A stretch of 64,000 nucleotides of DNA from the NCBI GenBank assembly GCA_002506105.1, contig DAWU01000015.1, positions 11,087 to 75,086 on the forward strand. The letters run 5' to 3'. Of the stretch, positions 49,820 through 60,382 are shown in pieces. The notes under the pieces were generated by a model. That model was not told where the DNA came from. It was given only the letters and a program-made list of their open reading frames with translations, and made no database searches. This DNA comes from Methanolinea sp. UBA275 (GTDB lineage: Archaea; Halobacteriota; Methanomicrobia; Methanomicrobiales; Methanospirillaceae). The translations under genes and the position numbers were made by a program. Position 1 is the first letter of the stretch. Every line of letters starts with the position of its first letter.

Positions 49820-50391
49820 GAGTGGTGATCATTGACTGTTTTGATAGTTTCACCTACAATCTCTACCAGCTGGTCGGCATGCTTGGAGCAACCCCGGTTG
49901 CCATCACCTGTAACCGCCCGGTCTCCGATGTGAGGAGTGCTGAACCCGACAGCATTATTCTCTCGCCAGGACCTGGAACCCCCGAAGAATCAGGGATATG
50001 CAGGGACGTTATCCGGGAGTTTAAGGGAGATGTACCAATCCTCGGGGTATGCCTTGGTCACCAGACCATTCTCCACTGCTATGGCGCAGTCGTAAGGAGG
50101 ATGGAAATACCGGTACATGGAAAAACCAGCAGGATTATCCATGGAGGTAAAGGGCTCTTTTCCGGCCTTCCCAATCCATTCACTGCAACCCGCTACCATT
50201 CTCTCGAAGCACAAAAGGAGACAATCCCTGATGAGTTCGAGACCGTTGCCCTCTCTGAAGATGATGGATGCGTGATGGGTGTCATGCACAGGGACATCCC
50301 CCTGTTCGGACTGCAGTTCCATCCGGAGAGTATTATGACTCCTGAAGGGAGGCATATCATGGAAAACTTCCTTGCGGCAGGGGGTGCCTGA
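49816..50391 (+). CDS. trpG: Anthranilate synthase component II (glutamine amidotransferase)
   Basis: 191-aa ORF with GVCLGHQ (catalytic Cys) and the LQFHPES triad. It overlaps the trpE stop (ATGA). Confidence 0.95.
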   Translation: MRVVIIDCFDSFTYNLYQLVGMLGATPVAITCNRPVSDVRSAEPDSIILSPGPGTPEESGICRDVIREFKGDVPILGVCLGHQTILHCYGAVVRRMEIPVHGKTSRIIHGGKGLFSGLPNPFTATRYHSLEAQKETIPDEFETVALSEDDGCVMGVMHRDIPLFGLQFHPESIMTPEGRHIMENFLAAGGA

Positions 50392-51410
50392 TGCAGGTGG
50401 CTCTGGAGAGGCTGACGACAGGGCTCTCTCTCTCTGAAATTGAAGCAAGGAACGCGATGGAGTACATTGCATCCGGAAGGGCATCTGATGCCCAGATGGG
50501 AGCATTCCTTGCAGCGCTCCGTATCAAGGGTGAACTGTCATCAGAGATTGCCTCGTTCGGGCAGGTCCTTCAGAAGCATGCCATATCGATAAGCCCCAGG
50601 GTAGCGGGGACGCTTGTTGATACCTGTGGCACAGGGGGAGACGGATCACACACCTTCAACATCAGCACCGCTGCTGCGATTGTCGCCGCTGGATCAGGGG
50701 TTCCGGTTGTCAAGCATGGGAACAGGAGTGTGAGCAGTTCATGTGGTTCTGCAGATGTTCTCGAAGCGCTTGGAGTGATAGTTGACCTGCCGGCCAACAC
50801 CGTGTGTCGCATCGTTGAGGAGACAGGGCTTGGATTTCTCTTCGCACCGGTATTTCACCCTGCGTTCAGGCATGTAGCCAGGACGCGGAAGGACCTGGGA
50901 TTTCATACCGTATTCAATATGCTCGGGCCACTCCTTAACCCGGCCGGGGCGCCATCACGGCTCATGGGGGTGTATACCCCGTCACTGACAGGGACTCTCG
51001 CAGGAGCCCTGGCCAACCTTGGTATCCAACATGCCATGGTTGTTCACGGCGGTGGTATGGATGAGATTACCACCACGGGTCCTACGAATGTGGCTGAGCT
51101 TGACGGGGGCACTATTGAAGAATACACGATATCACCCCTTGATTATGGTATCCCCCTGTCCCCTGTGAGTGCGCTCCGTGGTGGAGAGCCAGGAGAAAAT
51201 GCAGCAATTCTTATGAGAATGTTGCAGGGGGAACAGGGGGCGGTTCACGACGTCGTCTTAATAAACGCCGGAGCGGCCATTTATCTCGGAGGAAAAGCAG
51301 GAGATATGGAGCAGGGAATTGAGCGGGCACGTGATGCCATCGAATCCGGCAGCGCACTCGCGAAACTTCACGAATTGATCACGGCGTCACAGAGGTACCA
51401 TGATTCTTGA
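50391..51410 (+). CDS. trpD: Anthranilate phosphoribosyltransferase
   Basis: 339-aa ORF with DTCGTGGDGSHTFNIST and KHGNRS. TGATG stop/start overlap with trpG. Confidence 0.95.
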   Translation: MQVALERLTTGLSLSEIEARNAMEYIASGRASDAQMGAFLAALRIKGELSSEIASFGQVLQKHAISISPRVAGTLVDTCGTGGDGSHTFNISTAAAIVAAGSGVPVVKHGNRSVSSSCGSADVLEALGVIVDLPANTVCRIVEETGLGFLFAPVFHPAFRHVARTRKDLGFHTVFNMLGPLLNPAGAPSRLMGVYTPSLTGTLAGALANLGIQHAMVVHGGGMDEITTTGPTNVAELDGGTIEEYTISPLDYGIPLSPVSALRGGEPGENAAILMRMLQGEQGAVHDVVLINAGAAIYLGGKAGDMEQGIERARDAIESGSALAKLHELITASQRYHDS

Positions 51411-52161
51411 TGAGATCGTAGCAGCGACAAGAGACAGGGTTGAGGAAATGCCCGCAACATTCCGGGATCTGACCCCACCATCCGGACACAAACGGGAGTT
51501 GTATGAAGCACTGAACAGGGAAGAGGGGCATAATGCCATCATATCAGAGATAAAGTTCGGGTCTCCCTCAAGAGGAATTCTCAGGGAAGGCGGCGATGCA
51601 GTAGGCCTCGCCCGCATGATGGAGTCTTCAGGGTGTTCGGCCCTTTCCATCATCACCGAACCGACCTTCTTTTATGGCAATCCGGAGATGATCCCGATGA
51701 TCAGGCAATGCGTGGAGGTTCCGATACTCCGGAAGGACTTCATTATTGATGAACGGCAGATTGCCGAGACACGGGAACTGGGTGCAGACTCGGTGCTTCT
51801 CATTGCCAGAGTCCTTGGTCGGGATCTTGCCGATTTTGTGGATATGGCTGTCGCATACTCTCTCGAACCACTCGTGGAAGTGCACAACGCGGATGAGGTC
51901 AGGGCCGCCCTTGATTCAGACACCAGGATTGTCGGGATCAACAACCGCAACCTGCTGGATTTCAGCATTGATCTCTCCACCAGCAGGCGTCTTGCCCCGC
52001 TTGTACGTGAAGCAGGATGCAAGGCAGTCTCCGAGAGTGGATATGTGTGGCCGTATGATGTGAGGAGCATGAGGAATGTGGTTGACGGGTTTCTCATAGG
52101 ATCCGCGATTATGTCTGCGAGAAACCCTGGAAAAAAACTGGAGGGATTTATATCCGCGTAA
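51400..52161 (+). CDS. trpC: Indole-3-glycerol phosphate synthase
   Basis: 253-aa ORF with ISEIKFGSPS, LRKDFIID, VGINNRNL and LIGSAIM. It overlaps the trpD end by 11 nt. Confidence 0.95.
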   Translation: MILDEIVAATRDRVEEMPATFRDLTPPSGHKRELYEALNREEGHNAIISEIKFGSPSRGILREGGDAVGLARMMESSGCSALSIITEPTFFYGNPEMIPMIRQCVEVPILRKDFIIDERQIAETRELGADSVLLIARVLGRDLADFVDMAVAYSLEPLVEVHNADEVRAALDSDTRIVGINNRNLLDFSIDLSTSRRLAPLVREAGCKAVSESGYVWPYDVRSMRNVVDGFLIGSAIMSARNPGKKLEGFISA

Positions 52162-52733
52162 AAATTTGTGGTATAACACGGCCTGCCGATGCAGTGCTTG
52201 CCGAAGAAGCCGGTGCTGATGCGATAGGGGTGGTTATGTGTTCGGATTCCGTGCGCTCGGTAAGCGTGGAGAGAGCTGAAGAGATCTTCGATGCACCGGG
52301 CCCCTTCCTGACACGGGTGTGTGTGTCCCATACCACATTGCTCGAGGATGTTAAGATCATGCTCGACCTTCACCCTGACGTGATCCAGCTCTCCATGCCG
52401 CTTACACTCCCTGAAAATCTCCCGGCAAGGCTTATTCGCGTGGCTGTGCCAGGACAACCTATCCCTCCCAACGCAGATGCCCTCATCGTGGATGGGAGTT
52501 CAGGCAGGGGACTCCTGTATGATGCTGAGTATGCCGCCTCACTTGTGAGAAACAGTCCCATCCCTGTCATTCTTGCAGGAGGCCTCCACCCGGGGAATGT
52601 CGAGGAGGCGATTCGGCGGGTTCATCCCGCGGGTGTCGATGTAGCAACGGGGGTTGAGGATTCTCCTGGAATTAAGAATGAACAGAAGGTGCGGGATTTT
52701 ATCAGGAATGCAAAAGGTGTGACCGATGATTGA
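52152..52733 (+). CDS. trpF: Phosphoribosylanthranilate isomerase (start not canonical)
   Basis: The ORF track starts at GTG 52194. However, the conserved N-terminus IRVKICGIT, including the catalytic Cys codon at 52167-52169, is encoded in the same frame from ATC 52152. No ATG, GTG or TTG lies between the stop at 52083 and 52194. The C-terminus FIRNAKG is typical of TrpF. Confidence 0.8.
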   Translation: MRVKICGITRPADAVLAEEAGADAIGVVMCSDSVRSVSVERAEEIFDAPGPFLTRVCVSHTTLLEDVKIMLDLHPDVIQLSMPLTLPENLPARLIRVAVPGQPIPPNADALIVDGSSGRGLLYDAEYAASLVRNSPIPVILAGGLHPGNVEEAIRRVHPAGVDVATGVEDSPGIKNEQKVRDFIRNAKGVTDD

Positions 52734-53898
52734 ATCAACCCGTTTCGGGGAATACGGGGGTTGTTTTGTTCCCGAGACCCTCATGGGAGCGCTGGAGGAA
52801 CTTGAATCGGGATTCAGGACCATTGTCCCGAGTTCAGAGTTCCAGGCGGAGATGAATTACTACCTGCACGAGTATGCCGGGAGAATGACACCACTCACAT
52901 ACTGCAGGAATGTGTCCCGTGACCTTGGATGCAGGGTTTACTTAAAAAGGGAAGATCTCCTCCACTCGGGTGCCCACAAGCTGAATAACGCCCTTGGTCA
53001 GGCACTGCTTGCGAAACTCATGGGGAAGTCGCGGCTCATTGCCGAGACAGGTGCAGGCCAGCATGGGGTGGCCACCGCCATTGCGGGAGCGGCACTCGGG
53101 ATGCGGGTCGAAGTGTATATGGGTGAGGAGGACATCTCCCGCCAGGCCCTGAATGTCACCCGGATGCGGATGCTCGGAGCAACGGTCATTCCCGTGAAAT
53201 CAGGCTCACGGACGCTCAAGGATGCGATAAACGAGGCCCTCCGCGACTGGGTGGCGAATGTCCGTGAAACCCACTACCTGATCGGTTCCGTGGTCGGACC
53301 CCACCCGTTTCCAACCCTTGTCAGGGATTTCCAGACCGTGATAGGAAGGGAGACCCGGGCACAGATACTGGAGAAGGAAGGAAGGCTCCCGGATGCCATT
53401 GTGGCATGTGTCGGTGGAGGGTCAAATGCAATTGGGATGTTCACCCCCTTCCTGCGTGACAGGACGGCCCTCTTCGGGGCCGAGGCAGGGGGAGAGGGAC
53501 TTGAAGGAAAACACGGGGCGACTCTCTGCGGCGGAAAACCAGGGGTGCTCCACGGGACGTATTCCTACCTTATCCAGGATGCGTTTGGCCAGATCCTTGA
53601 GTCCCACAGCGTCTCGGCAGGTCTCGATTATCCCGGTGTCGGCCCTGAACACAGTTATCTCAAGGATAACGGGAGGGTTACATACCGGGCGGTGACCGAT
53701 AAGGAAGCGATCGATTCGTTCCTCTACCTTTCGAGGAAAGAAGGGATAATCCCTGCACTTGAGTCAGCGCATGCGGTTTCCCTTGCCCGCGAAATCTCGC
53801 CCGGGATGGAGAAGGACGATATCCTGGTCATCAACCTGTCCGGCCGCGGCGATAAGGACGTTGCCCACGTTGCGGCATTTGCGGGGGAGTGCCTGTGA
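52726..53898 (+). CDS. trpB: Tryptophan synthase beta chain
   Basis: 390-aa ORF with HSGAHKLNN (PLP Lys), GAGQHG and GGGSNAIG. It overlaps the trpF end by 8 nt. Confidence 0.95.
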   Translation: MIESTRFGEYGGCFVPETLMGALEELESGFRTIVPSSEFQAEMNYYLHEYAGRMTPLTYCRNVSRDLGCRVYLKREDLLHSGAHKLNNALGQALLAKLMGKSRLIAETGAGQHGVATAIAGAALGMRVEVYMGEEDISRQALNVTRMRMLGATVIPVKSGSRTLKDAINEALRDWVANVRETHYLIGSVVGPHPFPTLVRDFQTVIGRETRAQILEKEGRLPDAIVACVGGGSNAIGMFTPFLRDRTALFGAEAGGEGLEGKHGATLCGGKPGVLHGTYSYLIQDAFGQILESHSVSAGLDYPGVGPEHSYLKDNGRVTYRAVTDKEAIDSFLYLSRKEGIIPALESAHAVSLAREISPGMEKDDILVINLSGRGDKDVAHVAAFAGECL

Positions 53899-54689
53899 CC
53901 ACACGTATAGAAAGGGTGTTTGTACAGCGAACTCACCCTCTCATGATCGCCTGCCTCGTAGCGGGAGATCCCGGGTACCGTGATTCGCGTGCGCTGCTCA
54001 GTGAGATTGACCGTGCTGGTGCCGATATTATCGAGCTCGTGATGCCATTCTCGGATCCGGTTGCAGACGGACCTGTCATGCAGCAGGCCATCCAGCGTGC
54101 ACTGCGTGCGGGCATGAACACGGATGCCCTCTTTTCCCTAATCAGGGATTTCCGAAAGGAATCGGAGACTCCCCTCATGATTCTCACCTATGCAAACATG
54201 GTGATGCAGCGTGGGATTGGTTCCTTTTACCGGGAAGCGGCTGATGCTGGTGCTGATGGCGTGGCGCTCGCGGATGTGCCCCTTGAGGAGGCTGATCCCT
54301 TTTGCACATCAGCCAGGGATGCCGGTATTGATCCCATTCTCTTCGTAAGCCAGACCACTTCGGATACGCGTCTTGACGGAATCATTTCAAGGGCAGGTGG
54401 TTTCCTGTACCTTGTTGCAGCGTTAGGAGTCACCGGAGTAAGGGATGAGATTGATCCTGCAACTGTTGAATGTATAAAGAGGGTGAAAAGGGTCACCACG
54501 CTTCCCCTTGTCCCGGGATTCGGCATTGGATCCCCGGACCAGATTCAGGCCTACAAACGGTTAGGTGTGGATGGAGTCATTGTCGGATCTGCGATTGTGA
54601 GAGAGATCAATGATCGCGTCAACCAGCCTGATTTGATCAGATCTGCAGTCGGACAGAAGGTCCGGGACCTGGTTTCCGCACTTCACTGA
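53889..54689 (+). CDS. trpA: Tryptophan synthase alpha chain
   Basis: 266-aa ORF with a GTG start. [17 protein letters not shown] and GFGI blocks. It overlaps the trpB end by 10 nt. Confidence 0.9.
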   Translation: MPVTTRIERVFVQRTHPLMIACLVAGDPGYRDSRALLSEIDRAGADIIELVMPFSDPVADGPVMQQAIQRALRAGMNTDALFSLIRDFRKESETPLMILTYANMVMQRGIGSFYREAADAGADGVALADVPLEEADPFCTSARDAGIDPILFVSQTTSDTRLDGIISRAGGFLYLVAALGVTGVRDEIDPATVECIKRVKRVTTLPLVPGFGIGSPDQIQAYKRLGVDGVIVGSAIVREINDRVNQPDLIRSAVGQKVRDLVSALH

Positions 54690-54693
54690 TCCC

Positions 54694-55437
54694 TCAATCT
54701 TCGGGTTTTTTTCCCAGAGTGGCACAGTATATGACAAACTCTTCAACACCATCGATTCCCAGCACATCTGCAGCCTGCTGGTCATCAAATGCCCCAATGG
54801 CGCATGCACCGCACCCAATCTGCTCTGCAGCAAGGTAGAGGTTCTGGCAGGTGTGGCCTGCATCGAGGTGCACCAGCCGCCATGCTCTCTCGGCATAGCG
54901 CCAGGACATCCTGTACACAACACAGGTCCAGAGGAATGTCACTGCAGAATTTCTCACGAATGCCTGCCCCAGGCATGCAGCCATGACCCGGTCAGTGATA
55001 CCAAACCGTGTATCTACTTCGAGCAATCTGTGGGAAAATGCGAGATACCGGTAGAGCCCGGGTTTCAATCCATCAACCCTGTTGACAAGAAGATACGTCT
55101 CGAAAGAATGGCGGCCCCCGGCGGAAGGGACATTCCGGAGCGTGAAATAGGGGTCCTGGACATGGGCTATACCCTGAATACACCAGAGGATATACGCGAG
55201 TTCCTCAAGGGAAAGGGGATTGCGGGAGTAGTGGCGGAGAGATCTCCTGGTTTCAATCGCTGACCTGAGGTCGATCGGCGGGGTCCTGATGGTACCCGGA
55301 TCAGGGAGAAGAATGAATACCCCGTTTCCCGGAACAGGCTTCTCAAGTGGTGGTGGAGGAAGACCCCTGTACTGGTCCGATGTGGAGACGTGCTCATACC
55401 TGGTCATCTCCATGAATGTGCGGCCGGGATTGTCCAT
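54694..55437 (-). CDS. SagB/ThcOx-type nitroreductase-family dehydrogenase
   Basis: The start is set at ATG 55437. RRSLRHY, VPSAGGRHSFETYLL, LHLDAGHTCQNLYLAA and GCGACAIGAFDD are typical SagB-type blocks. Confidence 0.75.
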   Translation of the reverse strand: MDNPGRTFMEMTRYEHVSTSDQYRGLPPPPLEKPVPGNGVFILLPDPGTIRTPPIDLRSAIETRRSLRHYSRNPLSLEELAYILWCIQGIAHVQDPYFTLRNVPSAGGRHSFETYLLVNRVDGLKPGLYRYLAFSHRLLEVDTRFGITDRVMAACLGQAFVRNSAVTFLWTCVVYRMSWRYAERAWRLVHLDAGHTCQNLYLAAEQIGCGACAIGAFDDQQAADVLGIDGVEEFVIYCATLGKKPED

Positions 55438-55630
55438 GGGAAATGAGTATGAATCCTGAAAGATAAATGAAGTGGAACAGGCATGAAATCCAATCCTTGA
55501 AAATGACCTGGATGGAGAATGAAGCGCCAAAAGACGTCAGTTTGGAGAGTGAACAGTATTGGTACTGATCAATCATGATAGATTGATTACCAAAGAACAT
55601 CCACACTATTGTTCCATACGAGGCGAATCC

Positions 55631-56833
55631 ATGTCTTCCTGTTCACCATACCGGTTCTCGAGGAGGATCCTTTCGACACCCCGATCAATGATCAGGGAGA
55701 TCCTGAAAGTCACCGAACGACCCGACATCATCTCATTCGCAGGCGGACTTCCAAGTCCGGCCTTTCTTGACACTGCCGGTGTGGCAAAGGCAGCTGAACA
55801 GGTACTTTCGGAAGATGGCTGCGCTGCACTCCAGTACGCGACATCTGAGGGGTACATGCCTCTCCGGGAATGGATAGCGGGACGATACAGAAAAAGGTTC
55901 GGCCTCTCCATCGATCCGGAAGAGATCCTTATCACCCATGGATCACAGCAGACGTTGGACATCCTTGGAAGGATATTCATCAACGAAGGCGACCCGGTCA
56001 TGATCGAAGCACCGGGATACCTTGGTGCCATCCAGGCATTTTCTCAGTACATGCCGCACTTCCATGCAATCCCACTCGGTGAAGAAGGGCCGAACCCCTC
56101 AAGGCTGGCCGGGGCACTGGAGAGTACACACCCGGTCTTCTCATATTGCATTCCCAACTCCCAGAATCCTTCGGGGATTTCCTATTCCACCTGGTGCCGG
56201 GAAGAGCTTGCCGGACTCTATGAAGACTCGGGAACACTCCTCATAGAGGATGATGCCTACGGGGAGATCCGGTTCACCAGCGAGAAGAGACCCTCATTTG
56301 GTTCACTGCTCCCCAGGGAGGATGTAGCCCTGCTCGGCTCCTTCTCAAAGATCGTTGCGCCTGGAATAAGACTTGGCTGGTTGTGCGCAAACAGGGAGAT
56401 CATCGACCAGGCGGTTACTGCCAAGCAGGCATCTGACCTTCACTCGAATATCCTGTGCCAGAGGATATTGTGCAGATATCTGGGAGAGAACGATATTGAT
56501 CTGCACATCTCCCGCATCATCGAGGCGTACAGAATGCAGTGTACGCATATGCTCCGCCTCATGGACGATCTTTTCCCTGAAGAGGTCTCTTATTCACGGC
56601 CTGATGGCGGGATGTTCATATGGCTCACACTTCCAAAGAAGTTTTCTGCAATGCAGGTCTGGAAGCGGGCGCTTGATAAAAAAGTGGCCATACTTCCGGG
56701 GACACCATTTTATACCGATGGAAGCGGGGATCAGGGGATAAGGCTGAACTTTTCGAATTCTGATGTGGAGAAGATCGAGGCGGGGATAACCCGGCTCGCC
56801 GGGGTGCTTGAGGAATATAGGAGAGCAGCCTGA
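55631..56833 (+). CDS. Class I/II PLP-dependent aminotransferase (2-aminoadipate/aromatic aminotransferase-like)
   Basis: The start is set at ATG 55631. FAGGLPSP, PNSQNPSG and GSFSKIVAPGIRLGW (PLP Lys box) are present. Confidence 0.85.
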   Translation: MSSCSPYRFSRRILSTPRSMIREILKVTERPDIISFAGGLPSPAFLDTAGVAKAAEQVLSEDGCAALQYATSEGYMPLREWIAGRYRKRFGLSIDPEEILITHGSQQTLDILGRIFINEGDPVMIEAPGYLGAIQAFSQYMPHFHAIPLGEEGPNPSRLAGALESTHPVFSYCIPNSQNPSGISYSTWCREELAGLYEDSGTLLIEDDAYGEIRFTSEKRPSFGSLLPREDVALLGSFSKIVAPGIRLGWLCANREIIDQAVTAKQASDLHSNILCQRILCRYLGENDIDLHISRIIEAYRMQCTHMLRLMDDLFPEEVSYSRPDGGMFIWLTLPKKFSAMQVWKRALDKKVAILPGTPFYTDGSGDQGIRLNFSNSDVEKIEAGITRLAGVLEEYRRAA

Positions 56834-56903
56834 AGAGAAAATTCTGGAAGAAAACTTCTCCCCTGTGTCATCTCTTTTTCAATATTTCTGAATATTATGG
56901 GCT

Positions 56904-57539
56904 TTATTTGTCTTTTCCTCGATGATATGAATATATAAAGACTAAAAGGAAGGCTCCACATGCAGGTATGCAGGATAGTGGCACTTTATCGGCGGGTGTG
57001 GCCACATGAGACTGCGCCTCTGTCAGGGAAGGGATGGATTGCGTCCCGGAATTGGTCATAGCGAGGGTTACCTTATTCTCCGATTCACTGACGATGTTTC
57101 CCTGTGAGTTCAGTTCTGCAAAACGGAGGACCATAAGATCACTGCTGGCTGCGTCAGTGGGAACGGTACCATCCAGGAGAATCCGAACACTCACGTCCCT
57201 TGTGGTGGGGTATGACAGGAGGAATCCATTGACATACACGCGGCTCCCCTCTTTGGGGATGACAGCACCCTGCACACCATCAATATAGACTACGACCTGC
57301 CAGCGTGCATCTGAAAGATCGGTTGAGAGGGAGAGTGTGTGAGTCTCTGCAAATGTCGTGGCTCCGGAAGGGATTATCCCCAGTTCTCCCGAGATATTGA
57401 CCGGGGTTCCCCCGATCAGGGTCCCTCCCGGGGGGTATACCTGAACCTGAAGTGGCACTAATGTCGCAGAAGCATGAGCAGCAGTCAGGAGAAGAATGAT
57501 GCAAAAGAAAATGGCTCGCCAGGAGGATATGGTACGCAT
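56904..57539 (-). CDS. Hypothetical secreted or cell-surface protein with C-terminal hydrophobic anchor
   Basis: 211-aa ORF with a signal peptide (AIFFCIILLLTAAHASA), a beta-rich body and C-terminal CGAFLLVFIYSYHRGKDK. I recognise no family. Confidence 0.5.
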   Translation of the reverse strand: MRTISSWRAIFFCIILLLTAAHASATLVPLQVQVYPPGGTLIGGTPVNISGELGIIPSGATTFAETHTLSLSTDLSDARWQVVVYIDGVQGAVIPKEGSRVYVNGFLLSYPTTRDVSVRILLDGTVPTDAASSDLMVLRFAELNSQGNIVSESENKVTLAMTNSGTQSIPSLTEAQSHVATPADKVPLSCIPACGAFLLVFIYSYHRGKDK

Positions 57540-57883
57540 AAAAAGAGTGTCGGTGGAAATAAAATAATTCCCTCATTCTTTTCTGTATCCTGGACTCATT
57601 GGTCCATACCTATCCTCTTGTGTGATCCCGATAAGGGTAACAGGACTTTTTTTGGCGAACGGCTCTGGGGATGAAGGAGATAGTGTAGGCTTCCTGGTGC
57701 AGAAGGAGAGATTCAACAGAACAAGAGTATCCGGATAGAGGAGTTTTCTTTCATTCAACTGAAAAACGGTGTAATAAATCCTGGAAATGCTCACTTTTTT
57801 CCGACCAACAATCTTTTTCATTATTCTGACGATACGTACATCAGGCGAAATTCTTGGAGATCAGCCCCTCCCCCACACTCCTG

Positions 57884-58084
57884 ATGGAGGTATATGTCGA
57901 TCGAATCTTCTGTAATGGGTGCGGGAAATGCGTGGAGATGTGTTCCATGGGGGTGTTTCATGTGAATCATCGTACCCATAAAGCAGAGGCAGATCGCCAA
58001 AATCTTTGCGTCGGTTGTTTTAAATGCCGGGAGTTCTGCCCCACCCAGGCAATCGCTCCCCGGTGGATCATGAGGGTCTCGTAA
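57884..58084 (+). CDS. 4Fe-4S dicluster ferredoxin-like protein
   Basis: 66-aa product from ATG 57884. Two cluster motifs are present: CNGCGKCVEMC and CVGCFKCREFCP. Confidence 0.75.
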   Translation: MEVYVDRIFCNGCGKCVEMCSMGVFHVNHRTHKAEADRQNLCVGCFKCREFCPTQAIAPRWIMRVS

Positions 58085-58088
58085 TTAT

Positions 58089-58137
58089 CCAGGGAACTGG
58101 GGCACCTGGCAAACACGAATCATACCCTGGTTTTTTT
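58089..58137 (+). terminator. Hairpin plus T7 downstream of the ferredoxin gene
   Basis: CCAGGG (58089-94) pairs with CCCTGG (58125-30) and is followed directly by TTTTTTT (58131-37). Confidence 0.4.
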
Positions 58138-58359
58138 GAAAAAGAGAGTCAAGCAAACCACCCTCATAGTGGAATCCTCTCCATTTCCAGGCTAATTCAG
58201 GGTATCATCACTCGCATTGAATACTCCCACTGTCATGCGGGTGTATTTCGTGTTGCATAAGCGTTTTCTCCTTCTGCGACAGAGTCATCAGCAGGTGAAA
58301 GGCAGGGTTCTGCTGGAATTGAGAATTAATCGGTCCTCGCTCCTCAATCACTTGTCTCC

Positions 58360-60081
58360 ATGATACACATGTTGATTTTCACAATCCTTGTATACTTCTG
58401 CCTTCTGACTGCGTTTATTACTATCAGCCTTGGTGTTTTTGTCTACGCAAAGAATCCACGTTCTCCAGTCAACCGGCAGTTTATCGCGGTAATGTTGGCC
58501 GCAACGTACTGGGCTTTAGGGGAATTTTTCATCTGGCATACGGGAACCTACGAGGGCATGTGGATTTGGCTGAAATTCAGCTCACTCTGGCCATTTGTCG
58601 TTGCATTCACCGCCCATTTTCTCTTTGCGTTTACCGGGCACTCTCTCTCAGGACAGAAGAGATCCTGGCTTCTTGTAGCACTTCTCTATGTTCCTGCAGC
58701 TATACTCTCCCTGCTGGGATTTCTGACAACAACCATTTTTACCGTCGTGTATGTGGACGGGCCCGGCTGGGTGTATATTCCGGTCCCGGGGAGTATCGTG
58801 TATTATGCGGAAGTTGCCTATTCGTTCATCCTGATTGCATGGGTGACCTGGCTGGCATTTTCGAGATGGCGTACGACCCCGGCAGGAAATCTCCGCCAGC
58901 AGTGCAGGCTGGTCAGCATCGGCCTCGCCATCATCATCATTTTCGGGACAATATCGGGGGTGATCCTCCCATTAGCCGGGATATATGCCCCGAATCTGGT
59001 CTTTGTAGGAACTGTGATCTTTGCCCTGATCATCACCCATGCGATCCTCAGGTATGGCCTCTTTATCTTGAGTCCCGAGACGGCAGTGCCGGATATTATC
59101 CGGGCGATGCCGGACGGTTTGCTGCTGGTTGACATGTCCGGCAAAATAATTTCGGCCAACTCCGCTGCATCAGGTATCCTTGGGGTAGAAGAGGGAGCCC
59201 TCCCGGGCAGTGAAATCGCGCGGTATTTACCTCATGAGGAATACCACGCAATAAGAAACAAGGTCGTGGACGGGGGTATTGTGACCGACGTGGAAGCCGT
59301 GCTCGGGCATGAATCTCCCTTGACAGTGAGCATCGCAGGGGCGATCGTCAGAGATCCCGGAGGAGATCCTGCCGGCATTGTAGTTATTATTCGGGATATC
59401 ACTGTGAGGAAGCAATCCGAAAGAACTCTTCGTATTGCCAACCAGAAGATATCGCTCCTGACTGAGCTGACCAGACATGATATCAGCAACCTGGTCACTG
59501 CACTCTCGGCATACCTTGAGCTTATCCAGCAGGACAGGAACGATCCCTCATACGATTCTTACCTGGCCTCGTGCATCCAGCTGGTCGACAAGATTGGCCG
59601 ACATCTCAAGTTTACCCGTGAATACCAGGATATTGGATCAAGCCAGCCAACATGGCAGGTACTGGAATATCTGGTCAACAGGGCAGTGGATGATGTCCCG
59701 CATGAAGGCATCGGCATCATCACTCATGTCGGACACGTCGAGGTTTTCTCCGATCCGCTTGTGGTCAGGGTGATCTCAAACCTGCTTGATAATGCCATCA
59801 GGCATGGGGAAGACCTCACCTCGGTTCGGATATGGACAGAAGAGGGACAGGGAGGGGAACTGCTGCTTGTATTCGAGGATGATGGCGTCGGGATCCCCAA
59901 TGAAGAGAAAGAAAATATTTTCCTGTACGGGTACGGGAAACATACCGGGCTCGGGCTCGCAATCTCGCGAGATATCCTCTCAATGACCCGGATTATCATA
60001 AGGGAGACCGGTAAACCCGGGGAGGGTGCACGGTTTGAGATCCACGTTCCCCCCGGTTCCTGGAGATACCTTGGGAAATAA
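58360..60081 (+). CDS. Sensor histidine kinase (N-terminal 7TM domain, PAS, DHp, HATPase)
   Basis: 573-aa ORF with about seven N-terminal TM helices, PAS (PDGLLLVDMSGKIISAN), H-box TRHDISNL, N-box NLLDNAIRHG, G1 DDGVGIP and G2 HTGLGLAIS. No response regulator is adjacent. Confidence 0.9.
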   Translation: MIHMLIFTILVYFCLLTAFITISLGVFVYAKNPRSPVNRQFIAVMLAATYWALGEFFIWHTGTYEGMWIWLKFSSLWPFVVAFTAHFLFAFTGHSLSGQKRSWLLVALLYVPAAILSLLGFLTTTIFTVVYVDGPGWVYIPVPGSIVYYAEVAYSFILIAWVTWLAFSRWRTTPAGNLRQQCRLVSIGLAIIIIFGTISGVILPLAGIYAPNLVFVGTVIFALIITHAILRYGLFILSPETAVPDIIRAMPDGLLLVDMSGKIISANSAASGILGVEEGALPGSEIARYLPHEEYHAIRNKVVDGGIVTDVEAVLGHESPLTVSIAGAIVRDPGGDPAGIVVIIRDITVRKQSERTLRIANQKISLLTELTRHDISNLVTALSAYLELIQQDRNDPSYDSYLASCIQLVDKIGRHLKFTREYQDIGSSQPTWQVLEYLVNRAVDDVPHEGIGIITHVGHVEVFSDPLVVRVISNLLDNAIRHGEDLTSVRIWTEEGQGGELLLVFEDDGVGIPNEEKENIFLYGYGKHTGLGLAISRDILSMTRIIIRETGKPGEGARFEIHVPPGSWRYLGK

Positions 60082-60144
60082 CGGGAGAATCCACATTCCC
60101 CTGGGTTCATATCACCAGGATACACCGGATTTTCACATGCCCTG

Positions 60145-60366
60145 TTATTCTTCCATCACTGTGTAATCTCCCTCATCTCCAAAGAGAAAGAGGGTGTCAA
60201 TGGTGGTTCCAAGGGCCTTTGCCACCTGGTGTGCCAGTTTGAGCGAGGGATTGTATTTCCCTGATTCAAGAAACACGATTGTTTCCCTGCGGACTCCCAC
60301 CATGTCTGCAAGTTCGGCCTGTGTCAGGTTCTTCCTTGCACGGAACTCCTTTATTCGGGTCTGCAT
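60145..60366 (-). CDS. XRE-family helix-turn-helix transcriptional regulator
   Basis: 73-aa ORF with [32 protein letters not shown]. Confidence 0.9.
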   Translation of the reverse strand: MQTRIKEFRARKNLTQAELADMVGVRRETIVFLESGKYNPSLKLAHQVAKALGTTIDTLFLFGDEGDYTVMEE

Positions 60367-60382
60367 GGCACACTTCCCACTG

